Origin: Bigelowiella natans CCMP2755
Taxonomy: Eukaryota; Protista; Cercozoa
DNA: 64,000 nt
Assembly (NCBI GenBank): GCA_000320545.1
Contig: ADNK01000555.1
Location: 1 to 64,000 of the forward strand
Reading direction: 5' to 3'
Shown here: one piece after another, positions 44,222 through 58,167 of the stretch
How the letters are laid out: the number at the start of each line of letters is the position of its first letter
Numbering within the stretch: the first letter of the stretch is position 1
The notes under the pieces: model-generated
What the model was told of the DNA's origin: nothing
Database searches by the model: none
The model's input: the letters and a program-made list of their open reading frames with translations, nothing else
Program-made: the position numbers and the translations under genes

Positions 44222-45335
44222 TAGTAGTGTGATGTGGTGGTAGTAGTAGAAGTTGATCTAAATTGCATCGAATACACAGGCATGGTTTTCTCTGCACGAA
44301 CGCCCGAGGGCCTCGGTGCGAAGCTGGTGGAGCATCTCGAGAACTCTCGCGTTCCTGAGGGACTGCTCAAAGTCGAGTCCACGCTCGAGGAAGGTGATGG
44401 CCAACTCCTAGACCTGTCGTTATTGTTGTTATAATAATAAGTCGTGGTAAATGCGGCCACACGCTTGTGTTGGGTGCTCCGCTGGCACAGCAATGATACT
44501 CTATTTCTTGCACCGTCGTCAGTTGAGGGCATTGACGTGCGTAACCGCTCTCTGGACACCGTGCAGCGCCTAATACAGAACGCGTTCAATCCGAAATGCG
44601 TGACGTTAAAATTCCGGTGAGCAATTAAGTAGCAGCAGCCCTTCTCCTTGCGCTTCTTCCCCCTTCTTTCGACAACTAGTGTGTGTAGTACTCCCTAGCA
44701 TTCTTCTTCGTGTATACCGCATCGTCATCATCGTCATCGTTGACAAGATTCATGAGAGGATATATGACCGAGTTCTACTGTGCTTTCTTCCTTTGTGCAG
44801 ATTACCCCCAGACCATGGTTCCATCTTGCTGTCTGAGCAGCTTCTAGACGGCGTTCTCACGGAGGTCGGTTCTCTATGCGTATAGTTATGGGAGTTGGTG
44901 AAAGAAAGAATAGGCTAGCGAAAAGGGAATTGGAATCTCCAATTTGCTACTAGCTGCTCCTTTAAACGACACACTCCCCTCTCCTCCTTCTCCTTCTTTT
45001 TCTTCTTCCTACGGCATTATTGTTGTACACTCTTTTCTGCATCTCTGCACCGTATTATTAGATGGAGGGAAATTCCCCCTCGGAAAAAGCACGACATATA
45101 GTGGCGCGAATCGAGCCTATTTTTTCATCGCCGAGAAACCTCAGTTTATTCCTTAAGAGCGTGCGGACATTAACGCTGATGATCGAAGGCAAAGCGTATG
45201 AGGGGTAAGTGACGACGCAAGGGGTAGATGCTAGAAGGGAGAGCGAGAAAGACAAAGAGAGTAAGAACGACATTCCTGTATCATCAACATCATGATTACG
45301 AGCGGAGCTGAAGATGTGAATACCATGCTTGCATC

Positions 45336-45386
<51 letters not shown>

Positions 45387-45725
45387 CTTATATATATTTA
45401 TGGATGATAGAGAAGTAAGAAGCCCTCGTGGGAGGATCGGTGGCCCTTCGATGGTGGTAATGGCAAAGCAAACATTCAAATAATAAATTGTAACGATTCC
45501 TGCAAATGTTGCATAGCATCCATCGTGCTGAAGGGGGGGGGGGGGGGGCATGTATGTTCGTTGTATTATTACCTGTTCTCGCCTTCTCATTTCCATTGAT
45601 TTCAGGCTTAGCGAGTGCACGACGAAGGGCATTTCCCCGGTCCGTGAATAGTCGCACAAATATCAGTCGCTACACGCTCCTATGCTATCAACGGGAGCTT
45701 GTCATCGACGCGGTTCAAAAGGTAG

Positions 45726-45759
<34 letters not shown>

Positions 45760-46215
45760 GGAGAAGAAGAAGGCTTGACAACGTTTTCCCTTCGTGTGGA
45801 TGCGTTGATCTCGTATACGTTCTTATTCGCGCGCACACACACACACACACACACGCTTTGTCCTCTACATTTTTGCGCATTTCTGTTGGAATATCAGGCG
45901 CAGGAAAAGTACAATCGGTCGAATTTCCTACTGAAAGTTGGCGGTGAGTGATGATGATGATGATGATGATATTCTTCCTGCCGTAAACCATGTGTGCGAT
46001 GTGCGTGCGTGCGTGTGTATGTGTGTGCGTGTGTGTGTGTGTGTGATGTATATGAGAATCTCTCCTGTGCCATGTGTGCGACTGCAGAAAATTTTGGAAA
46101 GCCAATCACGCACACACACACACACACATACGCACTCTCTCACGCAAGTATCGCTCCTACCTCTTGCCTCGATTAGATATTATTCATTAAATAATATATA
46201 CTCCTCATCTCCATC

Positions 46216-46262
<47 letters not shown>

Positions 46263-46359
46263 TTCAAAGGTCCTGAGGCAGACAGCTTTACGAAAAAAGT
46301 GTGCGAACAGGTATGCAAAGATGGGGATGGTGATAACGATGAATGAGAACGTGTATGTA

Positions 46360-46397
<38 letters not shown>

Positions 46398-46417
46398 CAC
46401 ACACATACGCACGCACA

Positions 46418-46448
<31 letters not shown>

Positions 46449-46889
46449 TATTTCTCATCATGCTCACGTACATCTTCAAATGGCGTTCTCTCTCCCTCCA
46501 TATCCGCTCCGGTTTCATCAAAAACAGGCGTCCAAATTCCCACCAGAGCATCGAATGCGGCTCTCCCAGCTCAATGAGCGCATGGTCTCTTTGCTCCTGC
46601 ACGCACACATTTCAATAATGATGATGGGGAGCGTATTCGCGCGCGCGTGCGGCGTGTGTAAAATGGTATTGAATACAAATGGATATAAATGCACGTAGGT
46701 GGAAGGAAGACAGCAGCGACAAATTGCAGAGAAGGAAGAGCAAATGAGTACAAGAATGACCGAGTTTGAGGTATGTTTGTCATAATAACTTGTAAGTCAC
46801 GATTTCGTCCACAACCATCTACAACTCGGAGAGGATGTGAGATTAGTAGCGGTGGGGCATATGCGCTCACAGCTTAGGCTCAATCACTG

Positions 46890-46932
<43 letters not shown>

Positions 46933-47240
46933 TTATGAGGGTGAAATTGGATCAGGCGTACGAGCTATATTGGTCTCAACAGAAAGGCGTCTCCAAACGG
47001 TATTGTGAATTGTGAAAATCTGCCTTGTGCTTAAGAAGAGCAACGATGCGGTTCTTCCTGGCGCAGTTTTGTGTCTCTTTGACTATAACCTAAACCAAAT
47101 CATAGAAAGTTGTCATCGTCATCGTCATCAGTAACATCCATCACCATGCGTATCTGTAGGTCGAAGGTGGCTGGCTCTGCCGATTTCAAGATGCACAACG
47201 ACAATTGGCTGGCAGGATTCTAGCAGGGCAAAGTAAATAA
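40309..47240 (+). CDS. Signal-peptide protein with about three PDZ-like domains, many small exons
   Basis: N-terminus MVTIIRWAMGSAFLWLITGVAAALNE..SLRLRGG. PDZ-like exon sets: RRPLGLELAE../VARLVSGGSA../VRVGMRILSVNN; LPK|PLGLELEEDKATGE|VFVRKVLKEG../PGMHICSVQGIDV; TPL|GMVFSA../VEGIDVRNRSLDTVQRLI. The 3' exons are less certain. Confidence 0.65.
42250..46925. repeat. Dense compound microsatellite field in the introns of the PDZ gene
   Basis: Many (GT)n, (TA)n, (GA)n, (ATA)n, (GAT)n, (GTA)n and (CT)n(CA)n tracts between small exons. Confidence 0.9.
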
Positions 47241-47329
47241 AAATCAATATTGAGTAATGATACTAGATAATTACATAGATGCTGGACTCAGCAGAAGCTT
47301 ACAAGCAGCACGACGTAGTAGTACAAAAG

Positions 47330-47540
47330 TTAAATTGTAAAGGAGATGCTACTGCACGTATCTGATGATAGGGACTCTCGTAGCTGCGCCAAGCATTACT
47401 TAGTTATAAAAAAGTGCAATGAATAAGGCAGCTATTTTGTTCATGTGCGTTAAGAGTATACAAATACTTGCTGGTGTGGTCGCAGCGCTCACCATAGCCA
47501 CAGTACGCAACATAACACATGTGCATATCACACACACATG

Positions 47541-47580
<40 letters not shown>

Positions 47581-48250
47581 TGTGTATGCATTTGTACACA
47601 CACACATAATATCATTATATCACATATAAATGTCAATGCACAGAGATGTGTAGTCGTATGACATGACACATTTTCTTTTTCAATTGTCATCCTGATAACA
47701 TCATGTAAGTTGCAAAGCTGCCGCTACGATATGTAACGTTCAATTCATTGTATTTGCATGAGGATGCTGCGCTTTAATGTGTAAATGATGCGCATGTAAT
47801 GCTGCATGTCTATCATTGTAAAATGCTTTGTGACTACATATTGCATGCACATGTGCTGAGCCGCACGTCTCTCTGTGTTCTGCGGACAAGCGTTTAGTCC
47901 GATCGTGCCTATATCAATTATAACCTTTAGCTTGGTTTCTGAATAATCAACACATTAATAGTCCGCATAATATTTCATATAAAACATTGTGTCCATAGCT
48001 AGCGAGACACATCCCAGTTAATTCCTATGCACGTTTGACTTGTATACTGCCTAAACATTTGGCAATCTAATGTGTATTCTTGCTGCCTTTGAAATCCCGA
48101 CACCACTGCGCGTAGATAGATACTATTTTGCGTGTATTTTGCGGGTGCTTGCTACATTGCTTACTGGTAAAATTTAAGCTTCGTATGACATGCTCAGCTC
48201 TTCCTTCCTATGCTACCGCGCAGTTAAAAGGTTAGCGGTTCCAACGGTCC
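47330..48250. other. CATG/TGCA-rich convergent spacer 6 (PDZ gene > < hypothetical)
   Basis: For example gcgcatgtaatgctgcatg, ttgcatgcacatgtgc and catagctagcgag. Confidence 0.6.
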
Positions 48251-48432
48251 ATGTGATCCATGAGGTTTAATGGCTACATTGTGTCAATTATCAACTGACG
48301 TTCTAACAGATACAATAACAGATCTACTTTAATAATGGGCTAAAAAAACTTTGGCAGTGTGACATGAAGCCAATCGATATCTTGCGGAAGTTTATTCTGC
48401 ATCGAACCCCTCCTCCACACCGTGAGAACTTT

Positions 48433-49348
48433 TTAATACCACTGTGCCTCAACACCAAGAAACGTAGGCTTTACTGAACTCTCTTGCCTCTGTCCCCATC
48501 GGCTAAATCCAAGACCTCCGTCTGGGCGTATTGTTTTCTGTACGTCGGAGCTTTGCAGGTCTCCCCCTCCACTACGGCTACTCGCGGCTACCTTGTGCAC
48601 ACTGTGGGATGCACTCCCCTGTTGCTTCGCAGCAACGTGATCAGAAATCATATCGTACGGGGAATCTATAGGCGCACTCCTTCTCATCTCGTAGCCCTTT
48701 TTCGCTTCCCCATCTCCCTTGTGACCACTGTCATTTTTCTTCTTCCTCAGGTCCCGATAGCTCGGACCTTGATAGGAAGGTTGATCATCATAAATGTCCC
48801 AGAATGCCCCCCCTCCGTTGGTGCTCTTTGCGTGATGGTGGTTATTATTCACTGTAGTGATTGCCGGAGCTGCGTCGTCGAAAAAATCCCACATGGCATC
48901 GCCATTCGATCCTATTATTACATGTATTCGGGAACATGCTTGCATTATTTTCTGGGCATATATATTTACAAATGCGGGGAATTTCACACCTGTTTCTCCA
49001 ACGTGACCGTTTTCAAGAATGTCCTTTCCATAATACTTCGCTTGCGAGCCATAGTACCTTAAAATTGTGCATGACGTACAATCATTCGGTGAAGATCCGA
49101 TATAATTCGATTAGGGGTTTCGGATTCAGACTTGTCAGCTGGATCTGTAGCCCCATGCCGTGGAATGCTGTCGGCTCTCCTCCGGGACGTACGAGCCGGT
49201 GCTCTGTTAAATGGAAAGGAGATTAACCACTAGAGGGGGGCGGGGACGCATAATTATAGCGTCAGCTTCTACAAGACCTCCGACCGCGCTGGGGTGGAGC
49301 AGTCGCCCTTTGTGGAGGTTTATCAAACATCATTTGCGAAGACAACAT
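48433..49348 (-). CDS. Hypothetical low-complexity protein (3-4 exons)
   Basis: Phase-compatible exons MLSSQMMFDKPP..GR|RAPARTS..ADK|YYGSQAKYYGK..ETG|SNGDAMWDFFDD...EAQWY*. No domain recognised. Confidence 0.5.
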
Positions 49349-49748
49349 GGTGATAGGGGAGGAACGGAGAGGTGTTTGTGTGGGTGGGGGGGTTCCAATC
49401 TGCTGCGTCGTCTGGGACCACTCGATCGCCTGGGTTCCGAAGAGGTGTGGAGAATCAAAATTGCCTATTTAGCCTGTATTTTCCCCCTGCGTCAACACTT
49501 TGTCACCTTATTTTCCCTGAACTGAAGCTGTGGAGCAAAATCCTTTCTAAAATACCATGGTTTCCCCTTAAACGACAGAGCTTCTTGTTCGTCTTAGCGT
49601 TCTCAATGCTCGGTAGTGATAATTTCGGTTGCTCTTCTAGAAACGCAGGAGATTTTTTACCAGAGTCATGATAAAATCGGCAAATTATTAAGGAAATAGA
49701 TTCTGACTTGGTACTTCTGTCCTGCTCCAAGTGCTTGCATCCCCCTCC

Positions 49749-52565
49749 ATGACGACAAGCGCTTCGAATCTGAGCGGCTCGTCTATGATCTGGTTGGGAT
49801 CACGTTCTCTTACCACCGCCATGATCATATGCTGCGCATTCACTATGACGTGCTTTCGTGGTAGCTACTACTTGCTTTCGGAGAATGAGGTGATATTCTG
49901 CATTTTCGAAGACACTCAAACAAGTGTGCGCATGGACATCTACATTCATACGAAATTTAGAAGTTGCTTTTCGTTAAGGATGCTAGAGAGTTTTTCCGAG
50001 CCGATAAAGGTGAACTGTACGAAGCAAGCATGGATCACATATCTAGGATAGACGGCAACACATCTGCGGATGCGTCTGCTCATTCTTCAAACTTTGAGCG
50101 GCTAGAATCACGATTGAAGCAGCTCGTTGAAATTGACAAGGGGATTTTGAAGTCGAATGAACGCATCTATCTCAAACTACACGCGCTCAACGAGAGTGGG
50201 TTGTGTTTGTATCTTTGCTTTACACTTACACGTGTGCATCCGTGCTCTCTATCTGCATGTCTGGTCTGTGTGTCAATATACTCAAAAATGTAATACATGC
50301 TCTCAAATTTCTTGTTCATCTAACTCTTTGGCAAACGCCCTACTATGAAAGCTCTGATGCACAGTGTTACGACGACTGAGGATGTGGGTGGAACTGTCGT
50401 TGAATCGATATCAAAAACCAGCTTCGACTTGAAAGACACTCTAAAAACAGCTCTTCTTGCGATGATGCCGAGGTGGATTGGAGCACAGATGAGAGAATTC
50501 CAAATAGAACCCCACGAAAAAAGTCTGAACGTTCAAGATAACATCGCATCATTGTCTCTTATCCTGTATTCATATTCGACTACCGATTCCCAAATACATC
50601 TAATAACTGTTGCAGGAGCAAAAACATCGCAAAATATAGGTCATCTGGCATCTACTCCGATGACAAAGCGGGAGTGTCCTCTCTCACATGTAATACCAGC
50701 AGCAGCAGTAGGATCAGCATCAGTGAAAACAATGGCTCCTCACCTTCCCTCATTACCGAACGATCTCACCTAGGAGCACCTGGAAGCAATATCACCATCA
50801 ATTCAGCACCCATCCTCGACAAAATCACTGTTCAGCCTCTTGAAATGAACGAAACTAGCGTCACTACCACTAACGATAGCCGCAGCATTCACAATAGCAT
50901 TAGCATAGGTAGCAGTATGATGAATAATGAGAACATTGAAACCAATGACGAAGGCGAGGAGAAGAAAGAGGATCAGAAACCACTAGTGATAATAGACGCT
51001 TCTTCCACCTCCTCATCCCCAATACCTCCTACCACACATATGGCAACTCCGCAGCTAGCGAACCGTCATCATCTGACTGGAGGAATAACGTCGCATGTCA
51101 CGTTCCTGCCGAACAAGCAACAGACAACTAGGCTCGTGCACATACCAAAGACAGCGGGCTACTCTGTCCTCACGGTGAATTATGAAGAGGGGAAAGGAGG
51201 GGATGGGGCGAAGAAAACCACGTTAGGTGGTATTATGGTCATCATCATCGTCAGTATAGTTATTATGATCCAAACCCTCTTTCATCACAACAAACTTCTC
51301 CGATGTACCAAATTAGGATGTGCGAGGATACATGAAGATGTTCGAATCGGAAGATTGCGCGCGAAGTAATGTGTGCCCACAATGTGGAGCGTACAAGGTG
51401 GTAGAATCTAACTTACATCATCATCAGCAGCAATAGCGGTATCAGTAACAATAATCAACGAATATGCAGCAAGTGTTAGATAATGAGATGAGATACAGAA
51501 CGAATACTACTTGTGCAAAGACACCGCTGCTATAATGTTTGAAGAGGGTAACATTTGACTCATTACGACTCATCAGATGATATATCTTCGAGATCCCCGC
51601 AAACACGTTCTCTCACAGTTTTTCGAGTGCACCTACGGACATGCCAAGGTCTGGACTAGCGTGGACAAGAGATTCCCGAAGTTTCACGACGTGCGACGGG
51701 TGGATCCCAAGCTGAGCACTGCCGAGCAGACGCGCCTCGACATGTTGGCATTTGACAAGTGGCTTGATTATTTCAGTCCAGGCAGCTGGAACGTTCGAGA
51801 TGGCCATTTAGGGTGCTATCATCCTCGAAACATGCAAGCTCGGTGAGAAGAAGAATACTCTGAGAGTGGATAGATCGCTACTACGATGTCTTCTATAATG
51901 GTGATGATGAGATAGGGCTGGTGGCGATGAGTATCATCATTATTAGTTTATTCTCCAATGCTCTGTGTTATGTAGATTACTATCTGTATTATCGATATTT
52001 GTTTTGAAGTTCATCCACACAAGCTCATATCTCCTCTACCCCGCCCTTCAAACCCCCAATTCATCTTTCTCCTCTCCCTACCCTGCTGTCCCTCTACTAT
52101 CATTTGTCTGAACACTTACTATTCAGCTATATGGTATGCGAACGGCGCGGTTGGATGAACTCCCACGGTGTGCAGTCTCCACATCTACTGGAGCCGAATA
52201 TCTCCCGCGCAAAAGCGTTCCTTAATAGCACGTTCATGTTGGGACTGGTTGAAGAATACGGTCTATCATTGTGCGTCATCGCATTCCAAGCGAGACAGGG
52301 TTCCCTACCAGGCTGGTGTTCTTGCGAGCCAACCGCGCCAAAACCGCCAAGCTTTGCACGTGTTCTTCACGGTGCCCCAGTGCACTCGCTCCGTAACGCC
52401 CGCAATGAGAGTCTGGCTAAGATTGACAAGCTGGTACGCGTCGATTTGGAGCTCTACGCGTACGCGGAGCAGTTGTTTTGGGCGAGGGTTGAAGATGTCG
52501 AGGCGAGAACGGGAAAAGACCTCAGCTGTCTCGCCAGACGAAAGCTGACGCCGACGAAATATTAA
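49749..52565 (+). CDS. Type II membrane sulfotransferase (Sulfotransfer_2-like) with long stem
   Basis: 5'-PSB-like RLVHIPKTAGYS (about 51130-51170), 3'-PB-like YLRDPRKHVLSQF (51580) and C-terminal 'IDKLVRVDLELYAYAEQLF'. There is a hydrophobic N-terminal anchor. That the stem exons belong to the same gene is inferred. Confidence 0.7.
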
Positions 52566-52599
52566 TGGTGTCGTTATTAATGGAGTGAAGTACGCATCG

Positions 52600-53500
52600 T
52601 GTTGAACCACTACACGTAGCTTGTCAGATGACGACTGGACTTCTGCTTTGGTACTGCGTACAGTGTGGTCACTCGCAACTAAAAGTGTGGTCGGTCTAGA
52701 CCGAGCAATACAATTACAAAAAAATGCATGGTTTCTTAACCGCAAGTAGTTGCAGCTTCTTGTCTGCGCATGCATAGCTGCACGTGCTAGCGTGCATCGT
52801 CAGCTTTACCATGATTGCAGCACCACGTACCCGCACCATAACATCACAAGAGTAGTGCGCGGCCGCCCCATGTTAGCATGTGTGGAATCCTGTGCATGCA
52901 TTGTTCACACATTTTAATCACTCGCACATTAGCTAGTTAGGCCGCACACATAGACGTTGCGTCCCCCATCTAGCCATGCCGTGCTGGCGTGTGCCCTGAA
53001 TGATGCAATGTGGATGGCATGGATCACGGCCATCTAGCCAATGATGCCAGCACTAGAGCATGGCATCAAGCATGCATTTGAAAGGAACAAATGTAACACC
53101 ATGTTGTTCCGCTGAATTAAGTGGCTAGATAAAGAGCAGCTACAACCATGCCACAACATCGCATCAGCACTGAAGTTATGTAAATTAGAGTAGGCAGAAG
53201 AACGCAGCTAGCAAGAAGAAATTGTCCAGTGCAACTTCTGATGGAATATGCGCACAGGTTTTTCATCGTGTGTTACGTATTGTCGCTTTCAGAGTCGCAT
53301 AATCTGCGACACGTTATGATCCATAAATCCAGATGCGTACGCGCAAGAATACTTAAATTCTGATCATACAAAATCTAGAATATTACCGCTGGAAAATATT
53401 TTTTTATGAAATGCATTATTGCATCATGTCGACGTTTGCTGTGCACACATTCTAATCAGTATCGGAGTCATCGTCAGCAATTTTTATGCTTGATTTAGCT
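52600..53500. other. CTAG/CATG/TGCA-rich convergent spacer 7 (sulfotransferase > < ankyrin gene)
   Basis: For example gcgcatgcatagctgcacgtgctagcgtgcatc and gcactagagcatggcatcaagcatgcat. Confidence 0.7.
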
Positions 53501-53546
53501 TCATCTTCGGCAACAGCTGATAGAATATCATATTATCAGTCATATT

Positions 53547-54780
53547 TTAACGACTATGCTGAGCACTACGATTATCGCTAAAAGCAAAAATCAAGACCAC
53601 CAAAAGTCTACGACAGATCCCTATTCCAAGTTTCCACTCTAATATCTTTCTCCCGGTCAAAAATGATCCTGGCATCGTTGTTTTACTACCAAGAAGTTTT
53701 TCCCTTGCCTCTTGCGATCGTCCGAGGTCCAGCGGCACCTTTCCTGAAAGCAGTGAAATGAGAACGATAGTAAAACTTCTCGCAACTAAAGAATACCATT
53801 TTGGTTCTTCAGTCCTTTCTCCGCGCCAGCATCAATGAGCACCTTTATTACATCTACACAGTCTCGCCAAGCGGCCACTTGAAAACAATACCATTACAAC
53901 GAAAGATTATAATTAAAGATTCCGGAATTCCTGTCGCTCATGTGTGTGTGTGTGTGCGCGCGCGCGCGCGCGTGTGGGTTTGTGTTGAATGTATTGCCTT
54001 GTATGGTTGTGCAAATGCGGGGAAACGGTGCATGCACGCGAAATAGGGATATAAGAGCGATTTTTGTCTATCTGTCATGAATAGCTGCGCTAGGATCATT
54101 GTTGGTGGTAGAGTGTATGAAACTTAACTATGCAGCGGCGTATCCTTGACTTTGTTTTGAGCATTCACGCTCGCCTTTGCATCGATCAGCATCTAGATTT
54201 ATTTAGGGGAATGGAGCACAACAACCATCAGGCATAGCAATGGATTAGGATGAAGGACCCCGATTTGTTGATATCTATCTGGTCAACATTCATAGCTATC
54301 CTTACTAGTTCTCCAGTTTTACCTGAGCAACTTTGGTGTGCCCTCCTATTGTCCAAAACATGAAAACACTCAGAGGAGTCTCAAAAGATTGGATGGGGTG
54401 CACAGGAAATACGTGCATAATTGTTATCAAGAATATTCGATAGTTTTCGTTATATTTTTATAAATGTACTGATAACTCTTCGCTTTAACACCTGAGCTAG
54501 CCCAATGAAGTGCGGTATTTCCAAGCTGGCCAGGCGTGTTAATCGAGGACTTGGAATCTTTCAAGATCTTCGCAACCTCTTCATCCACACCGCGAGTACA
54601 GAACTACAAATGCAATCATGCGCAATGATATTTCTGAAACAAATTCATTGAGGTCAACAGAAGCCTATTCTGGTTGCTTGATATTTGACGAAAAACAACG
54701 TCGTGTTTTGGCACTTTGATCACACCAACCTCGTGGAACTGCTCGAGCACAGATATCTTTTTTGTAGTCATCCGTTCTGT
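53547..54780 (-). CDS. Ankyrin-repeat protein (OSTF1-like ankyrin region)
   Basis: Exons join to GNTALHWASS|GGHTKVAQ|MLIDAKASVNAQNKVKDTPLH|VAAWRDCVDVIKVLIDAGAEKGLKNQN|GKVPLDL. The start is uncertain. Confidence 0.75.
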
Positions 54781-55912
54781 ATAAGGGACACTGTGAGCAG
54801 GTGATAACGTCGTAGCTTAGCTTTCCGATTCCGGATGCAACAAAAGCAAATAATTCCTGGAAACATGTGCCATGCATCAACTGTTCTATGGATTTCCTCG
54901 ATTAAATGGCAGGCGAGATTCTACATACAAGTAGATTACGAATCTCACATAAAAATGGGGTCCTTGGATTGCAGTGGTGGTAGGCACGACCTTTTCAAGC
55001 GAGTTGGCTGAAGTACACGATGTATTTACACGAGTCTATCAGGCTTTTAGTACTTAGAGAGTCGGCCAAATTCTCAAATCGCGCAAAAATCACACCCAAT
55101 ATTGAAGAAAACATTAAAATAATTATGTCTCATATTGATAAGTAGATAGATATTTAGTTACAAATGAGGTCCATAGTCTTTCCTGTGAGTCTTACAACAA
55201 GAAACTACCATTAATATGAATAGTGTGTGATATTCTTTTAAAGAGACAAACATATTATGTTAAAAATAGTGAAAAAAGGATCAATCACTGCTGACTGGGT
55301 ATTTGAGGCAAGATGATAAAATAGGTTATATTTGAGTCTAGATCTATAATGTTGGTAAACAACAGTTCTGACGCAAAAACACAATTGGAATCCATATTTT
55401 TATTATAACGACAACAGGTTTATGTAGACGTTAGTTGCAAATGCTGAATATTCCTTGACTTTTTCCGGACCACAAGTGCCGGGATTAAACTTCGCGACGA
55501 TTCGAGAAAGAATCCCGTCCGTCATTACCGGATTTTGGTGACGATAATTGTAAAAATGAAGGGGATACTACAACTAGATCTAGGGTTACAGAAGATACAT
55601 CATTTACGAGTAGCTTAATTTACATTCTGAATTTATTTCAGAAATCATAGAATCTACAGTCCATTCACAATTTACGACTTGATCATCGCCAAGAATTTGT
55701 TATTTGCGGGCAGTGGTTAGACCGCAAGGTGTTGTTTATCGCGAAGTGAAAGCCGTCGAAGGGTTTCACCGAAACAAATTAACAAAAAACGTATTTATGG
55801 ATTATCGTCCTTGATAAATAGCCTTGATTTTGCCTCTTCCTTCAACCCAAACCCCACCAACCAACCTCAACCCTCTACGCTTGACAGAACTCAAACGAAG
55901 AAATTCTATAAC

Positions 55913-56483
55913 ATGCCTCGTCGTGGTCGCTCCTCCCGTTCCCGTGGATCCTCTTTCGGATCGCGTAGATCTATGTCTACAACTACTGCTTCTAAGCCTA
56001 AGGCCAAACGTCCACCACCACCAGCGCAGTCTAGAACAGCTCCTGCTCCTGCCCAATCTCAAGGGGGGTCCATGGTAGGCGGACTTGGCTCCATGCTTAT
56101 GCAAGGTCCTATCAATATTCTGTTTTCGGACTTGTAAATATTTGAGCATCGTTTTTACGTATTTTTCATCTCCACGAAGCCTGATAACTACGAATACAAC
56201 AAAAGGTATGGCTTGGGGTGCTGCATCCTCTGTTGGACACCGAGCTGTGGACGCCGTAATGGGCCCTCGCTCCGTGAATGTGGAGCACTCCCATCCTGAG
56301 TCGAAGGGGGAAACTAAGCAGGCTCCCCAGCAAAACTCCGAAGGATTCAACTGCAGCTTCGAACTGGGTCAGTTCAATCAGTGTGTCCAAAAAAATAGTG
56401 GAGACATCGGTGCTTGTCAGTTCTATTTTGATGCGATGAACCAGTGCAACCAAACCTTAAAGGACAACCAGAAGTGGAACTAG
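55913..56483 (+). CDS. CHCHD2: Mitochondrial intermembrane-space CHCH protein, CHCHD2/CHCHD10/Mix17 family (2 exons)
   Basis: MPRRGRS.. N-terminus, GGLGSMLMQG|MAWGAASSVGHRAVDAVMG hydrophobic helix and twin CX9C motif (CSFELGQFNQC..CQFYFDAMNQC). Confidence 0.9.
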
Positions 56484-56639
56484 AGTTCCTAATGTGAATA
56501 TATCATCGTGAGACCGGCGTTGAAACTTGACCGAGAACTCGTGATAACACATAATTTGTCGGTGGGTCCAGGGTTAGAGGTTGATGTTCAGAATCTTAAA
56601 AAAATGTACATCACCATGTAGCCGTGATTCATAAAAATG

Positions 56640-57400
56640 GAATGCAGTAAATCGTCGCTTTTGTCGCATATATCGCGTTCATGCTCTGTTGTGCATGCAT
56701 GGTACCTGTGTTATTGTAATAAATATGCTTGATTTCGATCCTTTTTGGAGTTGACATCGCAGCTAGGCGTGTGCCTCATGTGTGCTAGCTAGAGTACGGC
56801 ATGCATGTACATCTACATAGAATTGCAGTAACGATGCTTGTGCCTAGCTGCATACGTGTGTAGTGTCTAACTGCCTACGCATGTATAAGTATCTGCTTTT
56901 ATGTGTGTCCTCAATTTTTCGCAGCACGATTCTGTGCATCATCACAAACCATGCTAGCTAGCTAGCCAGCATGCACGACGGCGCACATGCACGTATAGCT
57001 AGCGTAGTCTAGCTAGCAGATATCAGCAGTGCATGCGCAACACTATTCTAGCTGGATGGGAATAAATAGGCTGTAGTTTCCCTTCCCGTACATACATGTC
57101 TAGTAGACGTGTTGCAGGCTAGCAGGGTGCGTATCTATGGTCAACTCTAAGGAGAGTAGAGTGTCTATATTTACTTGCGTGCATGTGTACCGATTGCGGC
57201 GATTGGCATTGCACTGCGAATGATAGACATGCAATACACAATATATATAATATATATAGTGTATTGCTGTGTCTATTATGCGAGGCCGTACCGTGCCAAT
57301 AATCCTGCATAGTTTTATGGCGCATAAGGCTAATTATAAAAGCTCATACGATGTTGCAGGTATTACATCGCATGCTCTGCTCATATATCTATAAAAACAA
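56640..57400. other. CTAG/CATG/TGCA-rich convergent spacer 8 (CHCHD2 > < UBLCP1)
   Basis: Hand count of about 13 CTAG and about 13 GCAT in about 720 nt, against about 3 expected each at uniform composition; for example catgctagctagctagccagcatgcacg. Confidence 0.75.
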
Positions 57401-57421
57401 GACACATTGTATAGGACGGAC

Positions 57422-57570
57422 TTAAGAGTCAAGTAGTTTCTTTTCATTCGAATGTAATAGGTATTTCTGCCAATTTTCATGCTCCAGAGTCCTGAAATCA
57501 TCTTTGGTTGCTATTAATTTAAGATATTCTGTAAGATACAGAAGTTCCTTATCCCTATGCCTAGAATGGG

Positions 57571-57612
<42 letters not shown>

Positions 57613-58115
57613 GCGCGCGCGCATGAATCATGCACCGTCATAAGACTACCAAATTATTTAGATTAATATTTGCCTGTTTTTATAAGCCTTCTTATACGCC
57701 TTAATCTTCAGCCCAGACTGCGGATTCATCACTGTACGTGCAATGTTGTAATTTACATATAAAATAAATTTTAAATCACGAATAAAAGTATGCGTTGGCG
57801 GGGAATGAGATTAGTTCCAGTTCCACTAGATAAAGTAATCATTAATTGATTTTATTGTTCACTTTTTGATCTCGTTTTATACTTTGATCACTCTCACTAC
57901 TACCAAAGTTGCGGCCAAGATCATCAACGTGGACGGTATTTTTGGCGCTCCACTGAGGAAATTTGCTCCATATAATTCCCAGAGATTTCACCTATTTTGA
58001 TTGTGTTGAGGAACTCCCATTGCTTACGAATATATTGTATTACCTGGTGCTTGCGAACGCGTCCCTTCCTCATCGAGGAGACACTGAACATGCACCTGTA
58101 ATAGATAGGTGTATG

Positions 58116-58167
<52 letters not shown>

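Noticed and set aside
43864-46700. Minus-strand gene suggested by frames such as ELAITFLERGLDFEQ.. and EQRDHALIELGE..
   Set aside because: The plus-strand exons at the same positions continue the PDZ pattern with proper splice sites, so the minus frames are probably antisense shadows.
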